Of a stretch of 64,000 nucleotides of DNA, positions 61,918 through 64,000 are shown piece by piece. The notes beneath the pieces were generated by a model. That model had not been told where the DNA came from. It saw nothing but the letters and a program-made list of their open reading frames with translations, and did not search any database. Source of the stretch: Podarcis liolepis. Lineage: Eukaryota. Numbering within the stretch: position 1 is the stretch's first letter; every line of letters begins with the position of its first letter. The position numbers and the translations under genes are program-made. The stretch lies in assembly GCA_965112155.1 (NCBI GenBank), contig OZ218102.1; one strand, written 5' to 3'.

Positions 61918-62232
61918 ATGGCCGCCTGCTCCCCCCCACGCAAGTGCTGCTGTGGGGCTCCTGACGGCTGTGCAGTGGGGCCTCTGAGGCAAGCTGGCTC
62001 TGCCACCAAGGCCTGGGCAGACGCGGCACCTCCTCCGGGGCTCCAGCCCCAGGATGCAGCCGGGCAGCCGCCTTGTGTTTCAGCCACGCTGCCTGTGGCA
62101 CCCAAACACAGGGGCAGGTTCACCAACCTGCGCGACAGTGTGAAGAAGAGCCCCACCAAGAGCCCCGCCAAGGTGAGGGCTGCCAGCGGGTGGGGCTCCG
62201 ACAGCTCCTGGTCCCATTGCTCCTCGGAGAAG
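61918..62232 (+). CDS. DLG1: DLG1 alternative first exon, PSD-93-delta/SAP102-like; two in-frame donors (62172, 62232)
   Basis: MAACSPPRKCCCGAPDG...SATLP...LRDSVKKSPTKSPAK|VRAASGWGSDSSWSHCSSEK|. AAG|GTGAGG and AAG|GTAAGC are both phase 0. Motifs match the recalled DLG2 SQTMP and LWDSVRKSPHKTSTK. Confidence 0.72.
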
Positions 62233-64000
62233 GTAAGCCCCCCCCGCTCCGCCCCAGCCCCTTCTCCCTCCGTGCAGGACTCCAGCGCAAGGCGTCAGCT
62301 GGAAGGGGGCTTGCGTGCTCCTGAAGCGCTTTCCTGCTCCCTTGAGCTGCCACCATGTCAGGCCAAGGAAGGTGGTTTCCCCACAAGTTGGTTGTGAGTG
62401 AGTGTGCAGGAAACCTCAGGTTGGTTTTCTGAGGCTTTGGTTTTCTGTGAATGGAACTGTAAAATTGTGCAACCCCCAGAGCCCACCCTTTGGAGGGGGC
62501 TTCAGCAGCAGGAGTGGTCTTTTAAGCACTTTAAAAGGTATTTGGATGAGTGGGGGGCACTGAGGGGGGAGGCTGCGTGTTTGTGGGTAGGAAACAAGGG
62601 GCAGCGCATGATGATGAGCAGGGCTCTCCAGTGACCATATTGATTCTGTCCAATTCCAATAACCTATTTATAAAGCAGGTCACATGCTGTGTGCTTGTAG
62701 AGGATTCAGTTGGACCAGGGCTTGGCAGCCTTTTCTCTCACGCTTATCTGCTGACCGGGAGAAGGAACAGACTGGGTGCTGGCCAGGATCCTGCCCCTCT
62801 TTCTCTGACCCCCTCTTCTCTCCCTTTTGGCCCAGGTCACTCTGCCTCACTAGGGGGCCATTGGCATTTGGTTGAGGGCTCCGTAAAAATAGGCCAGATA
62901 ATTTGCCTGTGGCCCCAATTTAGAGGCCGGCTTGCTGGTCCTTTGCTTCTAAAGGGTGGCCGGGCTTGAGAGGTCTTTAGGGCACTTGCTTGCATCTTTA
63001 GTAGTATTAATTTACATGTGCTGAACATTTGCATAATGCCCAAGGGAGCTGTTTCTGCTTCACACCCTGGCCAGGCTTGTGCCCTGGGGAGTCACTTTGG
63101 CAGCGGTTTGACTTGACTCCCAGAGGGACACTCCGTTGTCTCTTGAGGCAGATGGATGCCAGCAACAACCATTTATTTATTAACTTTTTTATACTGCTCT
63201 TCATCTGAAGATCACAGGGCAGTTCACAACATAAGCTTACGAAAGAAGAACACAAAGAACATCAGGAAAAACAAAAGTAAACTAATAATCTCCGTCCCAC
63301 AAACACATTTCCAAGGCCGTTTGAGTGTGTAATCAGCAAAAGGCCTGGTTATGGAGGAACATTTTCTCCTGGCACCCAAAGGTGTATAATGAAGGCTCCA
63401 GGTGAGTCTCCCTGGATGGATAGGATAGATGGACTCGGCCTTCGACTTGCTGTGACGGCTGTCTGTCCTGCTCCTTTCTCCTTTGTTCTTTAGTCTTAAT
63501 AAACTCCCTGAAATTGATGTTGGGCTTGGGTGCATTTCTGCAAGACTCAAGAGGAGAGAGTGCGAGGGCTTGGGCAGTGGAAAGCTAGGTAAGTTGGGTG
63601 GTCTCTCTGCTTTCCTTCTAAAGGTTTGCCTTGTACTCCCAGAAAGAGCCTCCCCTGCCTGTGGCCGCCCCTTGAGAGGCCTACCTGGGCTGGCCGTTGT
63701 GGGAGGAAGGCGCCCAAAGGCCTCCCCTCCTTCTGTTACAGTACTTGCTGCTCACTCTTCCTTGCTCTCTGGAAGTGCCTAATAGGACCAGTGAAGTAAA
63801 AAGGGCAGGTGCATTATTCTTTTGAGTGATTGTGGATTCAGCCTTGTGTGTGCTGGATGCCTCTGGGTAGGTGGAGATGTCTTAATAGCATTGTGGCCCA
63901 CCCCCCACCCCCCGATTCCCCCCCTGGCAGGGGGACGCAAGGGGAGGAAGGGGCACTCAGCCGCAGTTCTGCTCTGGCTCCCAGCAAGCCCAGGGCTCCC

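Overview
Vertebrate genomic DNA, most likely a squamate and probably a lacertid lizard, judged from its repeat content (BovB, CR1, L2, a tRNA/CR1 Squam3-type SINE, Tigger-like MITEs, Penelope ends). Two + strand genes lie in tandem, in the BDH1-DLG1 order also known from human. (1) The complete 6-exon CDS of BDH1 (657-6709, 347 aa, mitochondrial D-3-hydroxybutyrate dehydrogenase). (2) The 5' part of DLG1/SAP97, starting at a CpG island (~24.6-25.7 kb). DLG1 shows five alternative N-terminal modules: L27/beta (3 exons, one with a GC donor), palmitoylated alpha (MDCLCIVTTK), a Cys-rich exon resembling the DLG2/PSD-93-alpha start, the MNYIFGNN exon, and an exon resembling the PSD-93-delta/SAP102 start with two in-frame donors. 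The PDZ exons lie beyond the window. The introns and intergenic DNA also hold four short Penelope-derived inserts carrying minimal hammerhead-ribozyme motifs; two are long fold-back hairpins inside DLG1 introns. A frameshift-free 2.85-kb BovB copy and a 1.2-kb CR1 copy lie between the genes. Homolog comparisons are from recalled sequences and need database confirmation.
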